From NCBI GenBank assembly GCA_002269645.1, contig NIVC01000647.1:1-64000 (forward strand): 64,000 bases of DNA, given 5' to 3'. A program made the position numbers and the translations under genes. Below the pieces are notes generated by a model. That model was given only the letters and a program-made list of their open reading frames with translations, searched no databases and had not been told where the DNA came from. Every line of letters starts with the position of its first letter. Position 1 is the stretch's first letter. Source of the stretch: Macrostomum lignano (Eukaryota). Shown here piece by piece: positions 63,050 to 64,000 of the stretch.

Positions 63050-64000
63050 GCAACAAATGGCCGCTGCCAACAAGGAGGTTCCTTCGGGAGCTACCTTTGC
63101 GGCGAAGGCCAAGGCCAAAATCCCGGGAGTGATCATTCAAGGTCGCGACCAGGACTGGACCACTGGTCAGCTTCAAAAAGTGTGGAGTGCTATTGACTCC
63201 TATCTGATTGAGCTGACTGTCGAGGAGGGAATCTCCATCGGCATTGAGCGGATGGTGCTGCAAAGCAAATTCGTTCTTATTGCTCCTAGCAGTGAGGAGG
63301 ACGCTCAGCAGCTGCTCCAGCGCCTGCCGACGGTCTCCTTGGATGCTGACCTCGGCGGAGCTCTTTTTCTTCGCGAAGGCCAGCGTCCAAAGACGATACC
63401 CTATGTGGTTTTCGTCCCTGCTAAGAGCACCGCAGCTGGATCAGACGTTATCTGCCGGGTCCTACTGCGCCTGAATCCCGACCTCCCTGCTAGTGGACTG
63501 GTGTATCACCGCAAAGTCCGCAGGGGGGAGACGGGCAACTCAGTCAAGCCCCAGCGGCCTGGGACGAGGACGATTTGCTGTCCAAGTCTCCTTGATGGCC
63601 CGGGGCTCTAGCCAGACATTGCATTTAATACAGTAAGACTAAGCTCCACGTGTGTGGCCCGGGGAACAACCGCCCTAGAGAGGCTATCCTCGCTGCCAGC
63701 CATCTCCAGGCTTGGTTGAGGACTGATCTTTCAGATGGAGACCTCTGTATCATCCAATCTAACCATCTCTCATCTCTAACACAACTCTAACGCAAACCTC
63801 ATGCTCCGCAACCGCGGTAGCACTCCAGAAACTCCGCGGAAACTCAGGCGGAAGGCCAAAAGCCTTTACCGCCGTGCCATGAAGACCAGAAACCCGGAGG
63901 ACATGGAGATTTTCCGGCAAGCCTCCCGCAACTTCAAATCTGAAGTGCACAAGGCCAAGGAATGTAAATGGCGCCAATTTTGCAATGAATTGGAGCAAGA
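63050..64000 (+). mobile_element. Internally deleted LOA/R1-type LINE (gag-like ORF1, endonuclease fragment, pre-RT region); runs off the window end
   Basis: ORF1 63057-63611. Endonuclease-like fragment PREAILAASHLQAWLRTDLSDGD at about 63670-63740. LRRKAKSLYRRAMKT...FKSEVHKAKECKWRQFCNE is typical of the region preceding the RT. Confidence 0.7.

Overview
Eukaryotic, repeat-dense genomic window. It has GT-AG introns, abundant microsatellites and a (CCCTAA)n remnant; the style suggests a free-living flatworm such as Macrostomum, which is inference only. Host genes: (1) a head-to-tail pair of ankyrin-repeat + Mab-21/cGAS-like nucleotidyltransferase (cGLR-type) genes on the minus strand (2.3-9.5 kb), with intact GS/DxD/D catalytic motifs, near-identical ankyrin blocks and strongly diverged enzyme domains; (2) a divergently oriented arrestin-domain gene; (3) an unrecognised four-exon gene whose 12.5-kb first intron is mostly filled by head-to-tail Helitron-like units carrying minisatellites; (4) an intronless class A GPCR; (5) a roughly 6-8 kb tandem segmental duplication carrying an EDEL-terminated putative ER protein (deleted in one copy except for a KDEL tail), a mucin-like exon and two GDPD phosphodiesterase paralogues, one with an altered metal-binding motif. 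Mobile elements: a Penelope-like retroelement inside a GA satellite with a hammerhead-like motif, a P-element with 95/96-bp TIRs and an 8-bp TSD, a P-like MITE, hAT MITEs, a Crypton-like relic and LOA/R1-type LINE fragments. Scattered 1-2 nt frameshifts occur even in the arrestin gene, so many apparent gene lesions may be assembly errors.
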